Assembly: GCF_009914755.1 (NCBI RefSeq)
Contig: NC_060925.1
Source: the human T2T-CHM13v2.0 reference genome, Homo sapiens
DNA: 64,000 bases
Direction: 5' to 3' (one strand)
Shown piece after piece: positions 21,984-35,091 of the stretch (position 1 is its first letter; each line of letters starts with the position of its first letter). The translations under genes were made by a program, and so were the position numbers. The notes below the pieces were generated by a model that had not been told where the DNA came from, made no database searches, and saw nothing but the letters and a program-made list of their open reading frames with translations.

Positions 21984-24229
21984 TTAAATAAGTTTATTTA
22001 TAAATAGTTTATTTGTTGATATTCTAAATGGGATTACTTTCTGAGTTTCTTTTCCAGATTGTTTGCTCTTGGCATATGGAAGTGCTACTGATTTCTGTGT
22101 GTTGATTTTGTATCTTGCAACTTTACTGACTTTATCAGTTCTCATAGTTTTTTGGTGGAGTCTTGAGGTTTTTCTAAATATAAGGTCATGTCATCTGTAA
22201 ACAAGGATAATTTTATATCTTATTTTCCAATTTGGATGCCCTTTATTTCTTTCTCTTGTATAAATGGTCTGGCTAGGACTTCAAGTACTATGTTGAATAA
22301 AAGCAGTGAAAGTGGGCATCATTGTCTTGCTCCAGATCTTAGAGGAAAAGCTTTCAGTTTTTCCCCATTCAGTATGGTGCCAGCTGTGAGTTTGCTGTAT
22401 ATGGCTTTTATTATGTTGAGGTATGTTCCTTTTATACCCAGTTTGATGAGATTTTTTATTACGAAGGGATGTTAAATTTTATCAAATGCTTTTTCAGCAT
22501 CTATTAAAATAATATGGTTTATGTTCTTCTTTCTATTGATGTGATGTATCACATTTATGATTTGCATATGTTGAACCATCCTTGCATGCCTGGAATAAAT
22601 CTCACTTGGTCATGATGAATGGTCTTTAAAATATGTTGTTGAATTCGGTTTGCTAGTATTTTTGTGGATGATTTTTGAAGCTAAGTTCATTAGAGATATT
22701 GGTCTGTGGTTTTCTTTTTTTGTTGTGTCTGTCTTGTTTTGGTATCAAGGTAATACTGGCCTTGTAGACTGGGTTTGGAAGCATCCTCTCCTCCTTGATT
22801 TGTTGGATTGGTTTGAGTTGAGTTGGGATTGGTATTAGTTTTTCTTTAAATGTTTGATAGAATTCAGCAGTGAGGCCATCATGTCCCAGGCTTTTCTTTA
22901 ATTGGAGGCTTTTTATTATTGCTTCTATCTTGTTACTTGTTATTGGTCTATTAAGGGTTTGGATTACTTCATGATTCAGTCATGTTATGTTATATGTATC
23001 TAGGAATTTATCAATTTCTTCTAGGTTTTCCAATTTATTGGCATAGAATTGCTCATAATAGTCTCTAATGAGCCTTTAAATTTCTGTGGTATCAGTTGTA
23101 ATGTCTCCTTTTTCATCTCTTATTTTATTTTTTTGGGTTCTCTCTCTCTTTTTTTTCTTAGTTAGCCTGGCTAAAGTTGTCAATTTTGTTTATCTTTTCA
23201 AAAAAACAACTTTTGTTTCATTAATCTTTTGTCATGTTTTTGTAGTCTTAGTTTCATTTATATATGACTGATCTTTATTATTTCTTTTCTACTAATGTTG
23301 GGTTTCATTTGCTCTTGCTTTTCAAATTCTTTAAGATGTATCATTAAGTTGTTTATTTGAAGTTTTTCTACCTTTTTGATGTAGGTGATTATTGCTATAA
23401 ACTTCCCTCTTAGTGCTACTTTAGCTGTATCCCATAGATTTTGGTATGTTGTGTTATCATGTTCTTTTGTTTCAAGAAATTCTTACATTTCCTTCTTAAT
23501 TACGTCATTGACTTTTTAGCCATTCAGGAGCATATTATTTAATTCTCCATGTGTTTGTATAGTTTCCAAAGTTCCTCTTGTTTTTGATTTCCACTATATT
23601 TTATTCCACTTGTTTCCAGTTGTTTTTGTTCCACTATAAAAACAAGTTTCCACTTGTTTTTATTCCACTATGGTCAGAAAAAATACTTGATACAATTTCA
23701 ATTTTTTTTTTGTTTTTTGAGACTTGTTTTCTGGCCTAGCATATGGTCTATCCTTAGGAATATTTCATGTGCTGAGCAGAAGAATGTGTATTTTGCAGCT
23801 GTTGGATATTCTGTAAATGTCTGTTTGGTCCATTTGGTCTATAGAGCAGATTAAGTCTGATGTTTCTTTGTTGATTTTCTATCTAGATGATCTGTCCGAT
23901 GATAAAAGTGGGGTGTCGAAGTCCCTAGCTATTGTTATTGGCATCTATCTCTCTCATTAGCTCTAAATATATTTGGGTGCTCCATTATTGGGTGCATATA
24001 TATTTACAATTGTCATATATTTGTGCTAAATTAACCACTTTTTATTTTATCATTATAAAATAGCCTTCTTTGTCTCTTTTTATAGTTTTGTGTCAAAATC
24101 TGTTTTATATGATATAAATACAGCTACTCCTGCTCATTTGGCATGAAATATGTTTTTCCATTTCTTCTTTTTCAGTGTATGTGTGTCTTTACAGGTGAAG
24201 TGTTTCTTGTAAGCAGCACGTAGTTAGGT

Positions 24230-24600
24230 CTTTTTTTTTAAAATTTTTTATTTCCATAGGTTTTTGAGGAACAGGTGGTATTTGGTTACATGAGTAAGTT
24301 CTTTAGTGGTGATTTCTGAAATTTTGGTGCAACCATCACCCAAGCAGTATACACTGAACTCAGTTTGTAGTCTTGTATCCCTCACCCCCCTCCCACCCTT
24401 TCCCCAGAGTCCACAAAGTCCATTGTACCATTCCTATGCCTTTGCAGCCTCATAACTTGCTCCCACTTATGAGTGAGAACATAAGATGTTTGGTTTTCCA
24501 TTCCTGAGTTACTTCACTTAGAATAATAGTCTCTAGTTCCATGCAAGTTGCTGCAAATGCCATTAATTTGTTCCTTTTTATGGATGAGTAGTATTCTATC

Positions 24601-24654
<54 letters not shown>

Positions 24655-25520
24655 GTCTATCTATCATCATCTATCTCTATCTATCTACCCATCTATCTAT
24701 CTATATATCTATCTATCACTATTTCTTTATCCACTCATTGAAATGGGCATTTGGATTGGTTCCATATTTTTGCAATTGCAAATTGTGCTGCTATAAACAT
24801 GCATATGCAAGTATCTTTTTTGTATAATGACTTCTTTTCCTCTGGGTAGACACACAGTAGAGGGATTACTGGATCAGATGGTAGTTCTACTTTTAGATCT
24901 TTAAGGAAACTCCACACTGTTTTTCGTGGTGGTTGTACTAGTTTACATTCCCATCAGCAGTGTATAAGTGTTCCCTTTTTACTGCAACCTTGCCAATATC
25001 TGTTATTTTTTGACTTTTGATTATGGTCATTCTTGCAGGAGTAAGGTGGTATCACATTGTGGTTTTGATCTGCATTTCTCTGATCATTAGTGTTGCTGAG
25101 CATCATATATTTGTTGGCCATTTGTATATCTTCTTTTGAGAATTGTTTATTAATGTTATTAGCCCACTTTTTGATGGGATTATTTTTTTTTTCTTGCTAA
25201 TTTGTTTGAGTTCCTTGCAGATTCTGGATATTAGCCCTTTGTCGGATATATTGACTGTGAAGATTATCTCCCACTGGGTCCTCATCTCTCACCTTATAAA
25301 AAAATCAACTCAAGATGGATCAAGGACTTAAATCTAAGACCTGAAACTATAAAAATTCTGGAAGATAACATTGGAAAACCCCTTCTAGACATTGGCTTAG
25401 GCAAAGACTTCATGACTAAGAACCCAAAAGTAAATGCAACAAAAACTAAGATAAATAGGTGGGATTTAATTAAACTGAAGAGATTCTGTACAGCAAAAGG
25501 AACAGTCAGCAGAGTAAACA
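24230..25520 (-). mobile_element. Nested L1PB-like insertion with 5' inversion (twin priming)
   Basis: Minus-strand 3' end 24230-25275 followed by a plus-strand ORF2 piece 25276-25520. TSD aggtctt(a)ttttt at ~24226 and ~25520. Confidence 0.8.
24594..24718. repeat. (TCTA)n microsatellite
   Basis: Imperfect tctatcta array inside the L1 3'UTR. Confidence 0.9.
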
Positions 25521-28407
25521 GGTCTTATTTTTTATCCATGTAGCCACTCTGTTTTTTGATTGAAGGATTCAGCCCTTTTACATTCAATGCTATTATTGAT
25601 AGGTAAGGACTTATTACTGCTGTTTTATTATTTGTTTTCCAGTTGTTTTGTTGGTCCCCTTTTCCTTGATTCTTTCCTTCTTGTCTTCCTTTGTGTTAAA
25701 GTGATTGTATTTGGTAGTATGTTTAATTTCTTGTTTTTCAGTCTATGTGTATCTATTACAGCCTTCTATTTTGTGATTATCATGAGATTTACAAATAATA
25801 TCTTATAGTAAATGAATTTAAACTGATGACAACTCTACTGTCATCAAAAAAAGAAGGAAAAAATCTCAAACTAGTAAAGATAAAACTAAAAAAACGACAT
25901 AATCTATATTTTAACTTTATCCCCTCAACATTTGGACATTATGTTTTTTCTCTTTATAACTTTTTATATTGCCTATTTCTTTAAAAAGTATTGTAATTAT
26001 TTTTGATAGGTTTGTCTATAGATTTCCTACTAAAGATATGAATGATTTATACATCATAATCACAGTGTTGGATTAGTCTGTATTTGTCTATGTACTCACT
26101 TTTCCCAGTGAGTTTTGTACCTTCAGATGATTTCTTGTTGCTTGTTAACATATTTTTCTTTCAGACTGAAGATCTTTCATTAGCATTTCTTGTAAGACAG
26201 GTCTGGTGTTGATGAAATTCTCAGCTTTTGTTCATCTGGGAGAGTCTTTATTTTTCTTTTATTTTTTAAGGATAATTTTGCTGGACATAATATTCCATGT
26301 TGGACATTTTTGTCCTTCAGCACTTTGAATATGTCATCACATTCCCTCCTGGCCTGTAAGATTTCCACCGGGAGGTCCACTGCCACACATATCAGAGATC
26401 CTTTGTGTGTTATCCTTCTTTTCTCTTGCTGCTTTTAGAATGCTGTATTTATCCTTGACCTTCAAGAGTAGCCCTACTTGGGTTGAATTTTCTTGGTGTT
26501 CTTTGACCTTCTTGTACCTGAATATTCATATCTTTCTCTAGGTTTGAAAAACTCTCTGTTATTATTTCTTTGAATAAACTTTCTACTCCAATCTCTCTCT
26601 CTGCATCTTCTTTAAGGCCAATAACTCTTATATTTGCCTCACTGAGGCTAATTTTAGATCTTGTAGGAGTGCTTCACTCTCCTTTGACTGTGTATTTTCA
26701 CATAGCCTGTCTTTTACTTCACTAGTTCTTTCTTCTGCTTGGTCACTTCTGCTATTGAGAGACTCTGGTGAACTTTTCAGTTTGCCAATTGAGTTTTTTA
26801 GCTCCAGAATTTCTGCTTGATTTTTAAAAAATTATTTCAATCTCTTTGTTAAATTTCTCTGATGAAATTCTGAATTCCTTCTCTTATCTTCCTTATGTTA
26901 AAATTCGTTACATTTCCTCAAGACGTCTTTTTTGAATTCTCTGCCTGAGGGTTCACATATCTCTGGCACTAACTTTGCTTTGTGAGGACATATTTTCCTG
27001 GATGTTTGATGGTTATGGACATTTTTCAATATCTAGGAATTGAAGAGTTAGTATTTATTCCAATCTTTGCAGTCTGGGCTTGTTTATACCCTTCCTTTTT
27101 AAAAGGATTTTCCAAGAATTCAAATGGGATTGAGTACTGTGACCTAAGCCTATGGTCACTGTAATCATTGTAGTAATAGGAAGTGCCCTAAGCCCAAGAA
27201 TGCTGTGATTCTTGCAGATTCCTAGATACACAGCCTTTGCGGACTTGGTGAAGATAAGAAATAATTCCCCGGGCTACCTGGCAAAGTCTCTTGCTCTTTT
27301 CCCTCTTTCCCCCAATCTGAAGGAATTTTTCTCAGCACTGGACTGCCTGGAGTTGAGGATAGGTGATTGGGCACTTCCATGGCTACCACAGCTGGCACAT
27401 TGCTGGGTCACAGCTGATGCCCATGGCCTTCCAGATCAGCACAGTACTGGGGGTTGTCCAAAGCCTGTGGCCATTACTGTCTGGCTGCTGCTGATGTTTA
27501 TTCAAGGCCCAAGGCCATTTTAGTCAGCAGGTGGTGAATCCTTCCAGGACTGGGTCTGTCCCATCAGAGCTGTGGATTCCTTTCCAGCTCAGGGTGGGTC
27601 CCGAAATGCCATCTGGGAGCAAAGGCCTGGAATTGGTGGCTTCAGGAATCTGCCTGGTACTTTATTTTACTGAGGCTTAGCTGGTATCCAAGTTTCAAGA
27701 CACAGTTCTCTGTATTCTTTCCTCTCCTTCCCCCAAGTGGAATGAGTCTCTCCCTGAGCTGTACTGCTTGGAGTTGGGGAAAGCGTGATGCACACAGGCA
27801 TTCCTATGGCCACTGGAACTGGTATCACACTGGGTTGCATCCCAAGCTTCCTGCATCTAAGACCAGTGCAGCACCGGGGCTTGCCCAAGGACAGCAGTCC
27901 TTGTTTCCTGACTTCCATTCAAATTTATCTGGGGGCTCAGACCACTTTAGTCAGCCAGTGGTGAAGCTGACCAGGATGTGGGTTTCTCCCACTGGAGTGG
28001 AGAATTCCCCTTGGGTCCAGGGCTGCTATAAATATTCCCTTTGTGGACACTGGCAGAATTCTGCCCTATGTTATGTTTTGTTGTGACAGGGCAGCACTTA
28101 GTTCCAATGCAAAGTTCAACACTCACTTTGCTCTCCCTTCCCTAACCATGTAGATTCTCTCTGGGCTGCACTGCCTGCAGTTGGGGAAGGGACAGTGTAG
28201 ACAATGTGAGGCTATCTTTCCTATCCACTCAATATCTCTTTCTTTGTTATTATGTTAAAACTAGGTACTGTGATTGCTACCCTGTTTTTTTGTTCCTATG
28301 AAGGTGCTTTAATTAGTTGTTTAATTTGGTGTTCCTGCAAGGGGTCATTCACTGGAGAGTTCTATTTGGCCATCTTGCTCTACCTCCACAATCTTTAACC
28401 TTAATCT

Positions 28408-28512
28408 TAATACAAGGTCCATTTTGTCATGTAAAGTAACATTAATACAAGGTCCTTTTTGTCATGTAAAGTAACATTAATACAAGGTCCTTTTTGTCAT
28501 GTAAAGTAACAT
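28408..28512. repeat. 35-bp minisatellite, 3 copies
   Basis: taatacaaggtcc(a/t)ttttgtcatgtaaagtaacat at 28408, 28443 and 28478. Confidence 0.93.
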
Positions 28513-30127
28513 TCATAGGTTCTGGGGATAGGGATGAGATTTTTTTTTTGGGGAGCCAATATTCTGCCTACCACAGACATGGAAGCAAAATGGTAAATGT
28601 TTTGTTTGACTGGAAATTAAAATAATTATATGGAAAAAAGGGGTAGAAGGTAAGATTGCACTGATCCAGCCACATTCCTTATACTTATTCCATTCTCAGG
28701 CCAATTTTATGACTGGGATTTTTAGACCTATGCTTTCTTTGACTAACCATAAAAATCTTAGAATTTCTTAGAGATTGTGAAACTTTTTCTTCATATCACT
28801 ATTAGTTAAGAAATGTACACCAAGTTTTACTCTTTAGTGTTTGTATTACCAAACAATATTTTAAAAAATATAAAATGTATATTGAAAAAGCTACATATTC
28901 CCTCTCCAATCCCAGTCTGCCTGCATCCTGGAGAAGCTAGAATATAAACCTCCTATTATCTTTTTAACTCCCCACTCCTGGGAGTCTCCCCACCACCATG
29001 AAATAGAGATTCTTTCTGTGAAATACTTCATCTGTGCTAACATCACATTTCAGCTCTTTTGTTGACACCATTTGTTAACCCAGAAAGCTCTCTAAGTTGG
29101 CTTTGAACCCTTTGTCATCTTCAGGCCGTTACATAAATTGCATTGATTTGTGGGAGCCTATAACTCATTTTTATAGAATGCAGCCATATTTACAAATATA
29201 GTAAAAAAAACCTATAACTGTACAATGCCAGTTTCTTATTAACCAATTTTGTTATTGAAAAACATCATGTCCTTGACTAATCTCACAGTCAAATTCTGTT
29301 TTGTTCTTTTTGGACTGAGTTTCCCCTACACAAGTTCGAGTCCAGAGTGTTGTTACAAAAAACATGGAGGACCATCCTTATTCTGAGGAAAAAAAAAAAA
29401 GCCTCCCAACAAAGGCTCTTTGAATCTCTGAGCTGTGGTGAAGATTGAAGGATAAATACTCTTTGTCTTAGAGTCTATCTTCCTTCTTTATTAGGAAAAA
29501 TCAGTTTCAATTTACTCTGAAAAATGTAAGAACCAGATAATTAATCTGCAGAGATGAAAATCTGAACGCATAAAGGAATGATGATTTGCTGTAGCTAAAA
29601 ATATACCCCATCCTGATGCATTTCCATCACATGTGTTGTTAACAGTGTGTCCAGGCTTCATCTGCAAATAAAGATATCTCATCAGAGTCTGCAGGCAAGA
29701 TTCATATACAGTTGGTTTTAATGAGCTTTCCTTGTAAGTCAAATACATTTTAAAGATTTCTCCACTAGACTTTCCCACAGAGACAGGAGGAGGCATAATA
29801 TATTTTTGTTATAGTTGTTTATAACAAGCCTATTATGTACCTATGTATACTATACAGTCACTGTCGCTGTCTTCAGGGGACTTAGGTCTAGTAGGGGAGA
29901 GAAACATGAAACAAATAATTACAAACACAGTTCTTTCATTACAATTCAGATAAATGACAAAATGCAAAAGTGTGATGTGTTGTGAAAATTTACAAAATGG
30001 ACAACTAAATTAGTTTGAAGTGTCAGAAAAACCTTTCTATCCAAAGTAAAATCAAATAAAATTAGGAAAATTTAAACATTTTATTGTCATACAATAAAAC
30101 AAAATAAAATATAAATCACTATCTGGG

Positions 30128-30511
30128 CATGTTAGTTTGTTTTGCATTGCTATAAAGGAATACTTGATACTGGGTATTTATAAAGAAAAGAGGTTTATTT
30201 GGCTCACAGTTCTATAGGCTGTACAAGCGTGACACCAGCATCTACTTCTGGTAAGGCCTCAGGAAGCTTACAATTGTGGAAGAAGGCAAAGGGGGAGTCA
30301 GTGTGTCACACGGCAGGAGGGGAAGCAGGAGAGGAGGGAGGTCCCAGACTTTAATTTTAAACAACCAGATCTCACAGTAACTCATTACCACTGGGAGGGT
30401 GCCAAGTCATTCATGGGGGATCCATCCCCATGACCCAAACACTTCCCACTAGGCCCCACTACCAACACTGGGGATCGCATTTCAACATGATATTTTGAGG
30501 GAACAAATATC
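30128..30511 (-). mobile_element. MSTA/B LTR nested in the ERV
   Basis: ttgcattgctataaaggaatac...ggctcacagttc...ggcctcaggaagcttaca...ttcaacatga. Confidence 0.85.
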
Positions 30512-31681
30512 GACTAGTAGAGACAGCAATAGTGCAGAAAGAAAATTAGCAACCTGATCTTTTTTATGGGCATACCATTAGATGTAAGAAATCCCATTTC
30601 CATACCATACAAAAATAATACATACAAAAATAATGGACTACTCCAAAAGCACATGAGTATATATATTTACAGTTTATCTTTGGTTAATTCACAGTCTTGA
30701 GTGAGGGCAATTAATTCCACAGGTTGGGTGTAACTAAATTTAGGAAGTACTCTTCTTTCTAATAATTTGTGTCAGATTGTAACAGCATATACAATTCAGT
30801 ACTTTCTTTTAGAATTTATGGCATAGTAGCCATCAACATAGATTATCAACTGTAGATTATTCAATAGTGGGTCTTGTAAATCTAATTCAGGAGTAAAATT
30901 TTGGAAAACCAATTCAACGCAATAGTGAATCTCTTATTTGTCAGGTAAAGGTAATAGGGTGGGAGAGTTCAGAGAGTTACATCAAATAATAAGTAGGTTT
31001 GAAGGAGCTAGAAGCAGGATCTTATAAGATATTAGACTGCTAGCTGAAAAATCATGAGTATATTTAGTATTTAATAAACTTTTTATAAAATGAGGAACTT
31101 GCATACATAGTAATTTCCTTGAACAATTCTGAAGAAGATTCTGTAATTCTAGTGGCTGTAGCTATTGCTATTCAACAATTTGGATATGCCTGAGCTATTG
31201 GGTCCAACTGTAGGCTGTAATAAGCCAAAGGTCTACTTTTTCTTCCATGTTCCTAAGCAAGGACACTTAAAGCCTGATTGTTTCATTCATGGACAAACAA
31301 CGTGAAGAGTAACCGGGAAGTCTTAAGGAGGGAGGATTTTGTAAAACCTATGTAAGTTCAGTAAAAACCTTTTAATGTTTGTTTCACAAAGAATAGGTCT
31401 CTGAGCACTGTTTTTGGTCAGCTCATAGGGTGAAGAGGCCAAGAAAGAAAAATTGGGAACCCATGACTCGCAAGATATTGAAAGTTCAAGGAATACTCTG
31501 AGTTTCTTTTTAGTCACTGGTTTAGGATAATTTTGGATAGTTTTTTTTTTATTATTTCTGGAGATAGAAAAATTCCTTTTGCAGATAAATCATGACTGAG
31601 GGAAAGTACTACTCCTTGTAAGAGTTGGAATTTATTTTGGGAGGCTTTATAACCCTTACAAGCTAATTGTTTCAGCTAATA

Positions 31682-32011
31682 CAGTCAGCTCTTGGTATCC
31701 TTGGGTTCCACATCCATGGATTTAGCCAACTACAGATAAAAAATGTACAGAAAAATTTGCATCTGTAGTAAACATGTGCAAACTTCTTAATTGTTATTTT
31801 TCTCTAAATAATACAATATAACAACTATTTACATAGCATTTACATTGTATTAGGTATTATAAGTAATCTAGAGATGATTTAAAGTATATAGGAGGATGTG
31901 TGTAGATTATATGGCAATACTATGCCATTTTATATAAGGGACTTAAGCCTCCGATTTTGGTGCCAGAGGTAGGTCTTGGAACAGCTTTCTCAGGAATACT
32001 GGGGACAACTG
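31682..32011. mobile_element. MER2 (Tc1/mariner-Tigger) in ERV pol
   Basis: TA|cagtc...caactg|TA, with core ttaggtattataagtaatctagagatgatttaaagtat. Confidence 0.85.
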
Positions 32012-33665
32012 TACATTAAATGAATTTCTGAGTCCTCTTTGAATGAAGAGCAAAGAAGGAAATCATCTACATATTAAACCAAGTGGAATTTCTGGGAAAT
32101 TGCAGGGTTGGTTTTTAAATCCTGATGTAAAACTGGTAAGAAGTATGAAGAGGCAGGACCTTTAATAGGTGATTGGGTTATGTGGGTTCTGCCCTCATGA
32201 ATTGATTAAAGGTAAATTTCATCAACTGGTAAATCACTGAGGCATTACTGTCAAAATACATTGTTGATTTTTCCAACAATACAATAAAGGTAAACAATTC
32301 TCTTTGTCTATTCCATTTCTGTGAACCATTTGGATTCAGTGAGTACATTTGCCAGTAGGGAGTTTGGGTTAGATACTACAGGAAATCTTGGAATAACAAT
32401 TGTATTTATATCTCTAAGATCTTGTACAAGTCTTCATTCTTATCTGTGCAGTTTTTTGACAGATAAGATGGGAGTAGTGCAAGGATTGGTACAAGGAATA
32501 ACAAACCTTTTTTATTAACTCCTCTATTATAGGAGTAAGCCCTTTTATGGCTTTAGGTTTTAAACAGTATTGAGGCAACTTAGGAAGCAATTTTGGAGGA
32601 TTAATCTGAATTTTAATAGGTTTAGCACTTTTGATTTTTCTCACATCTGTAGAAGAAGATATCCATAGAGTGTCAGGAATTTCAGAGACATCTATAATAT
32701 CTATATTTTAATGAAATTTAGTAGTTTCCTCAGCACAATTTGGGTTTAGAAAACACATAATATTTCAGTGTCTAATAAATCTTGACTTTCTAATGTTGTT
32801 TCTCCTAAGGAAAATTGAATTTGACCTCTCAGTTTAGAAAGCAGGTCTCTACCTAGGGCAGTATTATTACCTAACAGAAAAGCATAATTTTCAGAGAAAG
32901 GGCAGAGGGTGATAGTTATGAGTTCCAATAAAAAAACCTTTGAATTTCAGAGAGTTTCCACCATTGAGTTTTTTTTTTATTATTCTGAAGAAGTTCTTGA
33001 TTTATCATGGTGGAGTTCAAAGTGGAGAGAGTTGCTTCAGTGTCTACTTACACAGAACAAATTTCTCTATTTTTAAAATTTAGTTTCCGTTTGTTGATTT
33101 AAAGAAATTATTGGAAGTGGTTTACCTTGCCATTCCTTGGAGCCCCATTAGTATTGACAGTTATCATAGGAGTCAGAAAGTTCAGAATCTCCCTTTTGTT
33201 TCCAGTCTGATAGTCTAGATTGCTGTGTTAAGGGGTTTAATGGGTAATTCTTCCAATGTCCTATTTGTTTACAATAATGAAAAATGTCTTTATTGAAAGA
33301 GTTGTTGGATAAAGGTATTTTAAAGTTAGGCTGAGGCCCCTGCAATGACTGTAATTACAAAATCATCAATTTATTTTTCTGGTGGTTACTTTATTTGTTC
33401 TAAGTTTTTCCCAAAATGTTTTGCTAAATATTGTAATACTGTCATGGGAGTCACTTCGCTTTCTACTTTATGTTTCTTTCATACGTCACTTATCTGTATG
33501 TGCAGCCCATTAACAAAATGGGCTGACATAGCCACTTCATCATTTTGGCCACTGTGGCCAAAATGTTTAAATATTTTGTACTGTTTAAGTATTTTTTTCT
33601 AAGCAGAAACAATAATCCACAGCAGATTCGTCTTTTTTCTGTTTGCAAGATTGGTTTATGGCCTT

Positions 33666-34074
33666 GCTATGGTTTGAATATAGTTTGTCCCCTCTGAAAC
33701 TCATGTTTCATCTTAACCCGCTATTAAACAGTACTGAGAGGCAGGAGGTTTAATAGGTGATTGGGTTATGTGGGCTCTGCCCTCATGAATTGATTGATAG
33801 GTTAATGGATTAATAGGTTATCATGGAAGTGGGTTAGTTATTACAAGAGTGGGTTTGTTATAAAAGCCAGTTTGGCCATCTCTAATGAACTCTTCACCAT
33901 GTAATGCCTTGTGCCAACTCCTGACACTGCAGTTTCCAACAGCAAGAAGACTCTCTCAAGGTACACTCCCTAGACCTTGGACTTCCAAGCTTCTAGAACT
34001 GTTAGGAATATTTATATTTTATAAATTACTCAGTCTAAGGTATTCAGTTACAGCAGCAGAAAATGGACTAAGAC
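33666..34074 (+). mobile_element. MST(C/D-like) LTR in ERV gag
   Basis: tgctatggtttgaat...aatggactaagaca. Confidence 0.85.
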
Positions 34075-35091
34075 ATGGACCAATCTGTTCTCTTAGAAAA
34101 AGCCTCAGACATGGTTTCTTTTTAGTCTACTCTTAGAAGCATGCTTAACAGAATCTTCAAAATCTTTAATGGGATTCTTCCAATCCATTTCTTGAAGCCA
34201 TTTTTGAATACCTCCAGGGCTGAGTACCACGTAAACAAATTGATATAAATCAGGGATTCCTGGATCATAAGCACCCAAAGGAATTTAAAATTCTTGTTTA
34301 AATTTAGTTTAGTCTCTTTTAAGGTCTGGAAAATTATGTGGCTTGGAGTTCAGCTAGAGATAAAAGTTTAAATTCTGCTGAGATTGGTACCCCAGGTTCA
34401 TTAGAAAGTCTTATTTTAAAGGGCATTTTATGGTGAAACGGTTTGGAGGAAACAGCAAAGGATCAACAGTTAGTAGTTTCAGAATAATTAGGGAATAGAT
34501 GATATAGAGAAGCAGAGAGATTTAACAGGCGGTTCTGTTGCATCAGTACAGTCAATCTGAATTTTGGTCTTTACTTTCTCATTAGCATGCTGTAAGGATT
34601 TTTTAGAGAGGTGATTCTAGAGTCATTTTGTCTTTCAGAAGCCTCTTTATACCAATTGAAGAATGTATCCCATTGTTTTGGGGAGGTTTCATATTCTCCT
34701 TTTTTCAAGGTGCCTCTAAGATAAGCTTATTTTATCTAAGTTAAAGGTTCTCCAAGTGGCTTCGGCAATTCTAAATTACCCTTAGAAAAGTTCACCCATT
34801 TTTCTGAAAAGACACAAAATCTCAGCCTATAGTTCTTAAACATGTAAGTAGCTGGAAGATTTCCAGGTGCTGTGGACTGAGAGGAACTCATCCTAACCTT
34901 TGTAGTCCTTAAGATGTCAAGTAAACCCTGGAGGGGCTAGACAAAGGAGCTACTGTTCTAGGACCCAGGGAAACAAAAATCCCTGACCTCACTTTTTGAA
35001 CAGAAGAGAGCAACTTACCCCAGTTCAGACAAACCAACAGAAACAATCAAAATAACCCTTTTATGTACAACAGAAAGCTCAAATGCAGAGA

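Larger units (their letters stand above)
29000..35090 (-). mobile_element. Decayed class I (ERV1/gamma-like) provirus internal region, gag-pro-pol remnants
   Basis: Minus strand shows a zinc knuckle HYCKQIGHWK (~33260), protease end ALGRDLLSKL (~32840), RT start PKLPQYCLKPKAIKGLTPII (~32550) and YVDDFLLCS (YVDD at 32062-32073). A leader donor GG|GTAAGT lies at ~35015. The 3' boundary is uncertain. Confidence 0.8.

Noticed and set aside
28408-28512. 35-bp repeats as a CRISPR-like array
   Set aside because: Head-to-tail with no spacers, in eukaryotic LTR-derived sequence.
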